Shown here piece after piece: positions 40,893-54,051 of a stretch of DNA of 64,000 nucleotides. Under the pieces are notes generated by a model. The model was not told the DNA's origin. It did no database searches and saw only the letters and a list, made by a program, of their open reading frames with translations. This DNA comes from the human T2T-CHM13v2.0 reference genome, Homo sapiens. Each line of letters opens with the position of its first letter. Position 1 is the first letter of the stretch. A program made the translations under genes and the position numbers. Where the stretch lies: the NCBI RefSeq assembly GCF_009914755.1, contig NC_060936.1, one strand, 5' to 3'.

Positions 40893-42700
40893 TTTTGGGG
40901 GCTCATCCAGGGTCTGCGGAAAGGTAAGTAAAAGTGGATCTGCTCTTACTGTCTTTCTTTGGAGTCTCTAACTTCCACAACAGTCAAAATGAAAGAAAAA
41001 TACTGGACATTTGTCAGTCAGTTAAAAGCGACTAGCACAGCTACCAGGACTTAAGACATGGAGAACAGACTTTCTGGGGATGACACTGTCAATCCTCTAT
41101 CACCTCTACTGGGTGTTGAGAATGTTGGCTTTGTTTCAATCCAGTGTCCTTTCATGCATATCTAGCTGTCACATAGGACTGAAAGGAAATCTTGGGGCAA
41201 CTAAGGGTATCTGGCCAAGGCTACACCTTGGTGTTATCCAAAGGCCCCTGGACTAACTCCAGTCCCTGACTGCCCATTAGGGTGTTGGCACTTGGACCTC
41301 CAGTCTTTCCTATCATTCTTTCTTTCTCTCTTTTGTGGCTGTCAAGGTTCCCATCTCTTCTTTATATACAATGTTAAATGTTAAAGATGTTGTTGCAAAC
41401 TAGAGATATTACTGGGAAGAATGTGGAATTGGCTCAGTCATCAAAAGCATAAAATGGAAAGTTAAGACAAAGCAAAGTGTGTGTTGGTATCTGTACATAA
41501 ATTTGTGGCAAACATGTTTTTGTCATTTCCTTTGTTGCCAACTTAGTGTCAAGCACTTTGAAGCACAGAACAGAAACATGGCCTCAGGAAGAAAGCTTTT
41601 CTGTGAATGTGAGGGCAAATGGTCCAAGGTCCCATGTGCTGGCCTTCTTTGCCTTGCAGGGCAATTCGGACCTTTGCCGAGACTGTAGGATTGATTAAGC
41701 CCTCCTAGATGGCCATCTCAGGAGAGGCTGCAAGAGACGGTCCCAGGGAAATAGGGAAGCAAACCCCAGAGGTGCCTCCAGCAGGGGAATCAACCCCCTT
41801 TGCTCTTCCCTATGCGGGTTCTCTCTTAAGCTTGCCCCAGCCTAAAAATCTTCGTTTTAGGCAGGTCCCAGTCTCAACTGCTCCAATAACAGATGCCTGG
41901 TGAATATGGCCCCATTAAGGTCCAGGTCCCCTTTTCAAATTAAAGGGGGTCTTGGCAAGTTTTCAAATGGTCCTGACAGGTATATAGAGGCTTTCTAGAA
42001 CTTAACCTAAGTAATTGAGCTCTCCTGGAAGGATGTCGTGTTACTTTTGAGTCAAATCCTGACCACCACTGAAAAGCAGGGAATCCTGCAAGTGGCAGAG
42101 AATTTTGGAAATGAGCTTTATATCTTATATAGGGCCAGGGATGGGGAGGAGTTGGAAGAATGGCAGTGCCATTGGAGGACCAGTTGGAAGAATGGCAATA
42201 CCATTGGAGGACAAAATGAGCCCCTCATGATAAAATGAGAGAAGGGAGGAGGAAACACTTTCAGGTTTGCATACTGCAAGGCTTACAAGGGATTGGGTCC
42301 AGCCTCTCAACTGCACTGAGCTATCCATGGTAGACCAGGGATTGGATGGGAGTCACACTGCCTTCATCAGTGGGGCTGGAGGGGCCTTGGTGAAGTGTGA
42401 TTCTCCATCTCCTGATTTGGTTAAGGGACAGCTGGTCCTAGGGGGATGAGTTAATCACACAGGTGGCCCCTGATGTCAGGAGGGGGCTGCAAAAATGGGC
42501 TGTGGGACCAGATGGTACTTTGGAGGGCCTTCTGGGAGTGGTCACCTCAGTATTTTGCAGTGGGAACCATGAGGAAATCCAGAAAAGAGAGGGGAGATAC
42601 AGGAAAAAGGCAGAGGCTTCCAGTAGCCACCTTGTGGACCCGCAGACCCCAGAGTCCCCAAGATGCATTTGTTGACTGCCACAAATGTGGTAGGAGGGAC
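40893..42700 (+). mobile_element. ERV1 (HUERS-P/MER52-int-like) leader and decayed gag
   Basis: Broken translations LFCECEGKWSKVP, GEYGPIKVQVPF, LGKFSNGPDRYIEAF and LSWKDVVLLLSQILTTTEKQ resemble gammaretroviral MA/CA. Multiple stops and frameshifts. Confidence 0.8.
40896..40913 (+). promoter_or_regulatory. Retroviral primer-binding site for tRNA-Pro
   Basis: TGGGGGCTCATCCAGGGT versus the tRNA-Pro complement TGGGGGCTCGTCCGGGAT (15/18). It lies 3 nt after the LTR end ...gatcctgtaaCA (40892) and is followed by the donor-like AAGGTAAGT at 40921. Confidence 0.85.
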
Positions 42701-44423
42701 TGTCTAGACAGCAGGAGGAGGCCAGGTAGTGGAGGCCAGTGCCTACGCAGGCACCCCTGAGCCTGTGTAGATGGTGGCATGGGGTCCTTCCAGGGTCCTC
42801 AAGGGTGCAGACCGCAGAGAAGTCTGGATTCTGCACCTGGGAGGGCAGCTGCAGTGGCTCCTAGGGAGGGCGAGGCTCCTGCCTGAGCAGTGGCATGGGA
42901 GGCCCAGGCCAGCCTCCCTGCTGCAGCTGGCATCTTGGCAGCAGCCACTCTTGATGGGCCACTGCTACCATTAGTTCTGTCTACAATAATTTGAAGTAGA
43001 ATAAAACAACAACAAAACCCCAGGATATAATTCCCAAGAGTTGACAAAGAAATACAGAAGTCCTTAGAGAATAATGACGGTCGTCTAAATTCTAATATCC
43101 AAATTCTGCAAATTGTAATCCTCTCAAATCCATTCACAATACAGAATACAAATAAAGTTTCCATGGTGTATACCCCCAGAGTAACTATGATACAGACAAT
43201 TAGCACAAACTTTAATTTTCATTTAATTGAGAACATTTACACCCATTGTCAGCAGAATAGGCTGAGAAGCCCAAACCAGAGCAAACAAAAGATCAAAAGA
43301 CAGAACATAATAAATGTCATTTATTAAACAAACTATGCTAGACTGCAGGCCATTAAAAATTAAAGAAGCTAATAAAGCCATTCACACTCCTCCCCCACCT
43401 CAAACATAGAATTATTTTCTACACCTTGGTTTAGGAAAGTTTTTAAAAAAATCCCCCCCCAGCCGCCAAAAAACAAACAAAAAACAAAAAACAAAAAAAC
43501 ACTCGGACACCCAAAACCAGACTGACAAAATTACTATGAAAAGGAAAACAAAATAGCTGATTTCAAGTAGGGAGAACAGACTCCGGGATTAGTCCATATT
43601 TTTATTGTGATATGAAGCAAGAAAGCTCTCAAGATTAGTGGAGACATATCTAAAGGACATAGAAAATGGCTTGAAAAGGCTTCCATTAAGGAATTTTGGG
43701 AAAACTGAAGATTAAAATTTATGGGCTATGATTGATAGTAAAATACTGAATAAATATAAATTAATGATGAAATGGTAATTATAAATGGAAAAGAAAGAAA
43801 AAGTAAGAAACCTCATTTGCTACTACTGAAGGTGAAAACTTTACCATCTTCAGTCACTAGAAATTGGTAACTGAAAGTATTAACATTTTTACCCAGCATT
43901 TCTAGAAGACACTATGTTTTATCCACAGTTGATGACTTTTTTTCTAATATTGGACAACAGGCAGCACAGGGCAATATCCCCAAGTGAAGAAACCAAATAG
44001 GTAAGCCCTGTGATTTTTCCTGCTTGCTGTCAAGAGGCGGTTTCCAAAAGGCAGTACAGGGACAGTGAATCCAAACAGAACGTAGAGATCTTGCCAATTA
44101 GGAGACAGAAATAATAATTTGGGGGAGATAAAGGTACCTAGAATTTGAGTGGCAGAATATTTAAGAGAACAAGTGACAGAAGAGAGACTCAGAATTCTGC
44201 AGACGGCTCTTCAAATCTTTGAGTTGATACTGGTATGTCATGTGTGTCATGAAACTTCATAAGACTAGAGAAAGAACCATAAAAAAGTAGTAGGCCAAAC
44301 AGTTCCTGAAGCTTATACAGTGTTGGAGATAGTTTGTGTGTCCATAAGCCAAGTTTGTGCGTCCATCAGCCAGCAAACTTGGACTGGACATTAAAAAACT
44401 GGACATTAAAAAGAATACTCAGA

Positions 44424-44726
44424 GGTCAGCTGCGGTACCTCATGCCTGTATTCTCAAAACTTTGGAAGGCTGAGGCAGGAGGAGAGCTTGAGCCCAGGAC
44501 ATTGAGACCACCCTGGGCAACATAGCGAGACCCCATCTTTACAAAATATAAGAAAACTAGCCTCGTGTGTTGGTATACATCTGTAGTCCCAGCTACTTGG
44601 GAGACTGAGGCAGGAGCATTACTCAAGCCTGGGAGGTCAAGCCTGCATGCAGTGAGCTGTAATTGTGCCACTGCACTCCAGCCTAGGCAACAGAATAACA
44701 CCCTGTCTCAAAACAAACAACAACAA
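44424..44726 (+). mobile_element. AluJ
   Basis: Diverged Alu with gagcttgagcccagga; TSD AAAAAGAATACTCAGA. Confidence 0.9.
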
Positions 44727-45830
44727 AAAGAATACTCAGAAGCATATTACCTTAGTATTTGGGCCAATACTCTCTAGGCCTGTCCTAATGAAAGCTTAAC
44801 AACAAGCATCAACAGCATCAAATTATTTTGCATAACTTAACTCCATACTAGTACAAAGTACAGCACTCTTTAAACATATAGGACAATGTCTAGAACTTAA
44901 GAACATAAAAATCACAATATCCAGGATCCAGCAAAAATTACCATTTAAATCATGGACAATATGGTCTATAACTAGGCTGAAACTAATCAGAGAGAAAAAA
45001 ATCAAGACATAACTGAGATGATAGAATTAAAAGAAAAAGGATATTAAAAAGGCTATCATAAATATGTCCCATAGGCTCAAAATAGAAGAACAATGATAAT
45101 TTTAAGGAGAGAAATGAAATATTTAAATAAAAACAAAAACAATTTCTAGGGATGAAAAATTTTATGTGCGAAATGCAAATACACTGGCTAGTAGATAAAG
45201 AATAGCAGGAGAAAAGATACAACGGTAGAAATAATACAAATAAAGCACAGAGAGAGGGACAAACATCCAGCCAAACTGCTGTCTAAATTCTGAGTCACAG
45301 GAAAAGTGAGATCATAAATGTTGTAAGGCATTAAATTTCAGAGTGTTTTCTTCGGCAACAATAGACAACTGATATAGCTATCTACAGGAAACTCATTTTA
45401 ATGATAAAGACAAAAAATGAGTTAATAATAAAAGAAAAGATAGAGATAAACATTAATCAAAGGAAAGCTGGACTGGATATATTAATATAATACAAAGCAA
45501 ACATTTAGTAATTAATGAAAGTATCAATTTTTCAAAGGAAGCATAAATGTACATGCAATAAATAAGAGTTTCAAAATACCTAAACAAAACTGACATAAGG
45601 GAAAGGATAAAAAAGGGAATAAATAAAGGAGGAAGAAAGGAAAGAAAGAGAATAAATAAATTCATTCATTTTCAATATATGAATATCGAAGTCCTCTATT
45701 TAAATATTCCTCCCTCAATAATTGACTGAACATGCAAATACAAAACCAGTAAATGTCAAAAATATTTAAAACACTATCAAATAAATTAATCTACTTGGGA
45801 TTTATGAAACACTCCACCCAACAATAGCAG

Positions 45831-48135
45831 TGTATAAATCTGTTTTCATGCTGCTGATAAAGATATACCCAAGACAGGGCAATTTACAACAGAAAGAGGT
45901 TTAATGGACTTACAGTTCCACATGGCTGAGGAGGCCTCACAATCATGGTGGAAGGCAAGAAGGAGCAAGTCACATCTTACATGGATGGCAGCAGGCAAAG
46001 AGAGAGATTTTGCAGGGGAACTCCTCTTTATAAAACCATCAGATATTGTGAGACTTATTTACTATCGTGAGAACAGCACAAGAAAGACCTGCCTCTGTGA
46101 TTCAATTACCTTCCCCTTGGTCCCTCCCTTGACACGTGGGAATTGTGGGAGTTACAATTCAAGATGAGATTTGGGTGGGGAACCAGCCAAACCATATCAT
46201 TCCACCTCCCAAATCCCATGTCCTCACATTCCAAAACAATCTCGCCTTCCCAACAGTCCCTCAAAGTCTAAACTCGTTTCAGCATTAACTCAAAAGTCCA
46301 CAGTCCAAAGTCTCATCCGAGACAAGGCAAGTACCTTCAGCCTATGAGACTGTAAAATCAAAGCAAGCTAGTTACTGCCTAGATACAATGGAGGTACAGG
46401 CATTGGGTAAATACAGCCATTCCAAATGGAAGAAATTGGTCAAAACAAAGGGGTACAGGCCCCATGCAAGTCCAAAATCCAGCAAGGCAGTCAAATCTTA
46501 AGGCTCCAAAATTATCTCCTTTGACTCAAGGTCTCACATCCAGGTCATGCTGATGCAAAAGGTTGGTTTCCATGGTCTTGGACAGCTCTGCCCCAATGGC
46601 TTTGCAAGGTACGGCCTCCCTTCAGGCTGCCTTCATGGGTTAGCATAAAGTGTTTGTGGCTTTTCCAGGTGCACAGTGCAAGCTGTCAGTGGATCTACCA
46701 TTCTGGGGTCTGGAGGATGGTGGTCCTCTTCTCACAGCACCACTACATAGTGCTCCAGTAGGGACTCAGTGTGGGGGCTCTGACCCCACATTTCCCTTCT
46801 GCACTGCCCTAGCAGAGGTTCTCTATGAGGGCCCTGCCCCTGCAGCAAACTTCTATCTGGATATCCAGGTGTTTCCATACATCCTCTGAAATCTATGCAG
46901 AGGTTCCCAAACCCTGATTCTTCACTTCCATGCACTCTCAGGCTCAATACCATATGGAAGCTGCCAAGGCTTGGGGCTTGCACCCTCTGAAGCAATGGCC
47001 CAAGCTCTATGTTGGTCCCTTTCAGCCATGGCTAGAGTGGCTGGGATTCAGGGCACCTAGTCCCTAGGCTGCACACAGCACTGGGAATCTGGGTCTCACC
47101 TATGAAACCATTTTTTCCTCCTGGGCCTCCAGACCTGTGATGGAAGGGGCTGCCATGAAGACCTCTGACTTGACCTGGAGACATTTTCCCTATTGTCTTG
47201 GTGATTACATTCTGCTCCTCATTACTTATGCAAATTTCTGCAGCTGGCTTGCGTTTCTCTTCAGAAAATGGGATTTTCTTTTCTATCGCATTGTCAAGCT
47301 GCAAATTTTCTGAACTTTTATGCTTTGCTTCCCTTATAAAACTGAATGCCTTTAACAGCACACAAGTCACCTCTTGAATGCCTTGCTGCTTAGAAATTTC
47401 TTCCACTAGATACACTAAATCATCTTTCTCAAGTTCAAAGTTCCATAAATCTCTAAGGCAGGGATAAAATGCTGCCAGTCTCTTTCCTAAAACATAACAA
47501 GAGTCACTTTTGCTCCAGTTCCCAACAAGTTCTTCTTCTCCATCTGAGACCATCTCAATGTGGATTTCATCATCCACATCCCTATCAGCATTTTGGGCAA
47601 AGCCATTCAACAAGTCTCTAGGAAGTTCCAAAATTTTCCATGTTTTTCTATCTTCTTCTGAGCCCCCCAAACTGTTCCAACCCCTGCCTGTTACCCATTT
47701 CCAAAGTTGTTTCCACATTTTTGGGTATCTTTTCAGCAGCGCTCCCCACTCTACTGCTACCAATTTACTGTATTAGTCCATTTTCACAGTGCTGATAAAG
47801 ACATACCTGAGACTGGGCAATTTACAAAAGAAAGAGGTTTAATGGACTTACAGTTCCACATGGCTGGGGAGGCCTCACAAACATGGTGGAAGGCAAGAAA
47901 GAACAAGTCATGTCTTACATGGATGGCAACAGGCAAAGAGAGCTTGTGCAGAGGAACTCCTCTTTATAAAACCATCAGATCTCATGAGACTTATTCACTA
48001 TCATGAGAACAGCATGAGAAAGACCTGCCACCATGATTCCATTGCCTTTCACTGGCTGCCTCCCATGACACATGGCAATTGTGGGAGTTGCAGTTCAAGA
48101 TGAGATTTGGGTGGGGACACAGCCAAACCATATCA
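45831..48135 (-). mobile_element. Full-length THE1 (A/B-like) MaLR: LTR 45831-46199, internal region 46200-47768, LTR 47769-48135
   Basis: Two direct LTRs tgtat...ccaaaccatatca with a perfect TSD AGCAG (45826-45830 and 48136-48140). The internal ORF 47032-47763 has typical THE1-int peptides. Confidence 0.95.
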
Positions 48136-48254
48136 AGCAGAATACACATTCTTTTCAAATGCACATAGAAGATTTTCTAAAACAGACCTGATTTGGGGAT
48201 GACAAGTCTCAATACATTTAAAGAAATCGAAATTATATACAAATGTTCACAATG

Positions 48255-48403
48255 TGTCTCCATTACTGGATATATATCCAAAGGAAGACAAATAAATATG
48301 TTAGAGAAGTATCTGTACTCCCCTGTGTATTGCAGCACTATTCACAATAGCCAAGATAAGGAATCAACAGAAGTGCCATATGCAGATGAATAGGTAAAGA
48401 AAA

Positions 48404-48437
<34 letters not shown>

Positions 48438-48990
48438 CATACACAATGGAATACTATTTAGCCATAAAATAGAATGAATACTATTTAGCCATAAAATAGA
48501 ATGGAATACTATTTAGCCATAAAATAGAATGAAATCCTGTCATTTGCAGCAACACAGATGAACCCAGAATGCACATGTTAAGTGAAGTAAGCCAGGCACA
48601 GGAAAACAAAGACTGCATGATCTAACTTATTTGTGAAATCTAAAAAAGTTGAACTCGTAAAAGCAGAGAGTAGAATAGTGATTACCAGAGGCTGGGAGGG
48701 GAGATGGAAGCTGGGTTGGTGAGAGGTACAGTTACAATTAGACAGGAAGTATAAGTTCTTGCAGTCTATTACACATTAGGGTGACTACAGCTAATAACAA
48801 AGCAGTGTACATTTCAAGATATCCTGAAGAGAAGATTTGGAATGTTATCACCGAAAAAACTTTAAAGTGACAGATATGCTAATTACCTTAATGTGATCAT
48901 TGTACAATGTATACACATGCATTGAAATATCACACTGTACCACACAAATATGTAAAATTGTGTCAATTATAAATACAAATAATTTTAAAA
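48255..48990 (+). mobile_element. L1MA-type 3' end
   Basis: cattactggatatatatccaaagga...gcagcactattcacaatagccaaga...tgtcaattataaa, then an A-rich end. Confidence 0.85.
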
Positions 48991-51532
48991 GAAATTAGAA
49001 AAAAGGGTAAACTAACCCCAAAGTAAGCTACAAAAAGAGCAAATTAGGCAAAAAGTAAACAAAATAAAAATGACAAAAGTAAAGGTAAAAATCAATGAAT
49101 AAGAAAAAATAGAAACAAATGCTGGTCCTTCAAAAAGATCAATAAAATATATATTCCTCTAGCCATACTGATCAAGAAAAAAGACATTATTAATATCATG
49201 AATGAGACACATGTCATATCACTAAAGATTCTACAGGATAATGGTATATTTTGAAAAAATATGCTAATAAGTTTGACAAGTTAAACAAAATGGAGAAATT
49301 CCTTGCAACACAGAAAAATTATTTATCTATTAATAAAATTGAATAAGCAGTTAAAACATCCCTCTCAAAACATTCCAGGTCCATATGTCTTCACTAGTGA
49401 ATTCTACCAAATATTTTAAGGAAAAAGTATACCTCCTCTACACAAGCTACTCCAGAAAATAGAAGAGAAGTAAATAATTTATATTTTCCAGATCTAATAA
49501 AGCATTTTTATTAAATTTTATTTGATAACATTTTAAGTAATTTTATGAATAGTAGGAGTAAACATGAATATGTTGAAAAACAACTTTATTAGAAATAATG
49601 TTAAGCATCTAAACATAGCTAACCCAGATTTTCTTTCTAATTTTTCCAATTTTGAAAGTATATGTCTACCAAATCTACGATGCCTCATCAACTGCTCCCC
49701 AACTATCATGCCAGAACCTGCAACATATCCTTCTTGTAAGCTGTGGTTTCATATTTCTAGTATATTTCTAACAGGCTCATGCTTATCACTAGTTTGGATT
49801 CTTCCTGCGTTTGCACCATCAAGACACTATACACTTGGGAATTTCAATGGCTCATAATTTTGTTGAAGGGAGGACAATTTCCTTATCCTGTCAAATCAGT
49901 TTAGCCAGAATCCCCCATCCTCCATATCTGATCCCTCAATATCTGATCAAATTTCTCACCCACCACTATCTCCCAGGTAATATATGATCACCCTGACCTG
50001 CCATCAGTAAGAATCCTTTCAAGCCAGTTTAGCAAAAAATTATCTACCCTCTTAATGATTTTCAATCCACTAACTTGCATTCTTTTCCTTGGCTATAAAT
50101 TCCAACTTGTCTTTGTTGTATTCAGCATTGAGAACAATCTCTTTCTCCTACTTCAATACCCCATGGCAGTAGACCCTTGAAATCCCTTGAATAAAGTCTA
50201 AATTGCCATCTTTAACCAGTGTTATAATTTTTTCTTTAACAGTTTTTGCTGCTATGACTTGTATAGGATCAAATTCATTATTGGATTCCCAATCTTCTGA
50301 CCCAGAATCCCAAGCACCTACCTTTGAAGCTTTCGTCTTCACTTCTGGTTGATTGATGGATGAGCCATTGGTGATTTCGACTCCTGAGCCAGTGCTCCAA
50401 ATGATAAGTCTGTTGAAGCACAGTGAGGGCTGAGAGAGCCTGAGTACACTATACAGAGGCTGAGTTAGTCCTGTTTCTTTTTGTAAGAAGTTGGTATAGT
50501 CACATGCTTCTCTGTTAGGAAGGTACTGGCTGAATTGTAAATCTTACTTCCTGTTTCTGTCTTTGAGTGGGAATTTACTTCTTGAATCCCTGAGCTGAAA
50601 TATTTTCCTTGGTTCTTTGTGAGGCAACTCTGTTCTATTTGATCCTATTTCTCCCACGGTAACTTTTTAGTCAACGGAAACCCCCTTCTTAAACTCTCAC
50701 TGATCGTATACTCCACTTCCTTTCTTGTGGTCATGGTTTTGTTAAGGATAATTTGAGACTTCAGGATCTCTTTGGGAAACTGAAGATTTTCCCGAAGTGA
50801 GTCCTCTGAGATCTCTTCCTTCCCATTGCTTCTGCTCCTCCTTCATCCTTTTACTACCTTCAATCTTCCCTTCAGCTTTCTTGAATCTTTTGATATGTGC
50901 CTCTTCAGACCTCTTTCCTCTGTCTACCTGTCCTCCCAGACGTTTTTCCTTCCTGCTTCAGCCCTTCAGTCACCTGAACTTTAGGTCCCCTATTTCCATC
51001 ATAACTTTCAAGGGACTCTAGGACCCCAAAAGCAATTGTCTGAGGTTGAAAAAGGAAAAAAAAAGGCTGATTGAAAAATAGATTGGATATTTTATCCAGA
51101 TGAGGCTTTGGAGACATCCAGATAGGTGCTTGATGTTCTTTCAGTTTCTTGCCTAAAATGTGGTCACAGCCTCCATAACATTGCATGTATGGACAAAAGA
51201 AAATCTTAAATGTGTCTTCTCCACAAATATTGGCTAAAAGCTTTAGTCCTCATATTGAGAAGGTAACCTTAACTTGTTCCATCTGTCAGAAACACAATGA
51301 ATAAAACTATAAAGTAGAGGAAATAAGAGAGTATTACTGTGTTGTCTAACTCCTGGCTAAAGTTTCAGAATAAAACCTTTAAGATCTCTTATAATATATG
51401 TATACATTACATTTATATACAGATATATATGCAATATATATTCTTATATTTTATACATATAGGTATAGAATATACATATATCCCATTCTATGTATATACA
51501 GAATATACATATATCCCATTCTATATATATAG

Positions 51533-51928
<396 letters not shown>

Positions 51929-52575
51929 TAAAATTTCTTAAATTCTGTTCCAATTTTCAGTGATAAATGTGTGCTTATATAAGGTAAATATTTCTAAAAC
52001 TCTCAGAAACTAATTCAAATGCTTTTCAAATTCACATGAAATGGACGTATATTTGGCAATTAATACTAGCTTCATATTGTTTGTTTCGTAAAAACAGCTA
52101 CATTTTCTGATATATCAACATTCAGTATAATATGAATACACATTTTTATTCCACTTGGGCTTACTAGTTGAATCAGGTAATATGTCTTCTAGATGCTTAG
52201 GATTAAAAAAATTATCAGTTCGACCTTAGAATAAGTGTACAAGTAAAGATGCAGTAAAGAAGAGTTGTTTGATGCCCATTACTTCATATTTCTCAAGACA
52301 GCCATAAAACCAAAAACCTGTGTGTTTAACTTCTTTGGTTTTTGCTTTTGTGATGCTTGCCTAACATGATGATGTTAACTGTAAAAACAGTTAACAGGGA
52401 AGTAAATTGAGATTATGGCTAGCTTTGCCTGGTGTTGCAATATAGTTGCTGAAAACGGTTTCCAAATTATTTTTGTTAACTTGAAGTTTTAATGTTTTTC
52501 TAAGCTGTATTAAGTAATAAATACTCACTAAATATCTAGGTCATTACGAAGTTTTGTGAAGTTGTGAAGTTTTGT

Positions 52576-52601
52576 GAAGAAGAAGAAGAAGAAGAAGAAG
52601 A
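52576..52601. repeat. (GAA)8 microsatellite
   Basis: Read directly from the sequence. Confidence 0.9.
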
Positions 52602-53592
52602 GGGAGAAAGCTCAATGCTTTATTAATGCAAAACTAGATTTTTTTTTTCTGTGGAAAATGCCAGTTTTCTTGGATTACAGTAAAAGGCCTTTTTGTTCAT
52701 TTTACCTTTTAAGTAATCTTCCTAGGAAGCCAAGATTTTGTGTCTTATCAAGACAGTTTTCTATGTTTATGTTAACCTTTACCATTGGCCTTGATTATTT
52801 AAGAGAACTGAGAGCTTGCAATTTAAAAGCACTAAAGTATTTTACATGTTTTACAGTGTTGCCTTTTCAAAACAAATCTTAAGTGAAATCTTGTTTTTGA
52901 ACTGATCTTGAAATTTCTCAAAGGGACCCTAAAAAATGTCAAAAAATTTGTTCTTTCACCTTGTAAAGAGAAATACTAAAAATAATTTGGTTTATTTAAT
53001 TGATACATTGCATTGCATGAAAAGACACTTTCAAATAAGAAAAGATACTTTAACTTTCCCTAGATTATATTTTTGTATGGGCAAACATTATTAGGTATTT
53101 TAGAAATCATATAAATTTCCTAGAAATTTATCAATATCCCTGCTGTCCACAATATCTCTTAGTTTAATGTCATCAGTGGTGGCCCTAATTATTATTGTAT
53201 GCCTCAAAAATAGCCAAATTATCTTGTCATTTGCATCATTTTTATGTTGAACTCTCATTATATGTTAATTTCCATTTTAAATTTTTTGTCATTCACATAT
53301 ATTCTGATTCTTCTCTGAAAATATTTGCAATCAGCTACAAGCCATAATGCTTCATGATGGTGTTGATTAATTTAGAGACCATAGTACTGAATTAAGGATT
53401 TTCAGAACTAGAGTAGAGAAGCCAATGGGTTCATGAAATTTCTAACCCAAGAGCAAGGAGAACAAGAATTATTTGTTCTGATGGACAATAATGAAGTGAA
53501 GAAGAGTGATTATGGTTTTGTTTGACAGTTTGTTGGTTCTTAAATGTCCTATTTTGTGGATATAAGCACTCCCTTCCTTTTTCTCTTATTTA

Positions 53593-54051
53593 TGGAACCA
53601 CAGAACCAGCCCAATCTGGTTCAACTTTGAATAATAAAATGGTGAGTTATTTTTCAGTTGCCATGGGTTCTGGGTTGCAATTTATGTAAACTGCTTATGC
53701 TCAGATGAACCACATGTGTAACTGTAGGCAGAAACTAAATTCTAGGACCAAGAAACAGGGACTGAATTAAGAAGGGGACATCTCATGACATAATTCAATT
53801 AGATCAAGTCCTGGCATCACCCCATGGCACAATCCAGTCGGATCATGCCTCATGGCATCATCTCGTTGTAAGATCAAATCAGATCACACCTCGTTACCCT
53901 CTGCCTATAAAACCTGCCCCAGTCACCAGCCTGAAGAGACAGATTTGGTCACTGCCTTGTGTCTCCTTGCCAATAAACTCATGATAAAACCTTTATTTTC
54001 TCAAAGACTTGTGCCACATTGGGCAGAGAAGCCATTGCTTACTCAGTAACA
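53593..54051 (+). mobile_element. ERV1-class solo LTR nested in the provirus (subfamily uncertain)
   Basis: TG...CA termini, TATAAAA at about 53906, AATAAA at about 53972, and a 4-bp TSD TTTA. Confidence 0.75.

Larger units (their letters stand above)
39778..42973 (-). mobile_element. MER52-type ERV1 LTR split in two (39778-40498 and about 42705-42973) by an internal insert
   Basis: Left end tgttatgggatcttcagagtgttgcttttctg; right end gcagccactcttgatgggccactgctaccatta. 4-bp TSD GTTC at 39774-39777 and 42974-42977. Confidence 0.75.
43950..49480 (+). mobile_element. Old fragmented L1M (ORF1 and ORF2 endonuclease region), host to nested Alu, MLT1, THE1 and L1MA
   Basis: A-rich decayed L1 motifs. 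actccacccaacaatagcag|aatacacattcttttcaaatgcaca is contiguous across the THE1 insertion. Boundaries are approximate. Confidence 0.65.

Noticed and set aside
42438-43206. Cluster of overlapping 67-135-aa ORFs
   Set aside because: They lie mostly in GC-rich LTR and gag remnant sequence with few stops and give no coherent protein.
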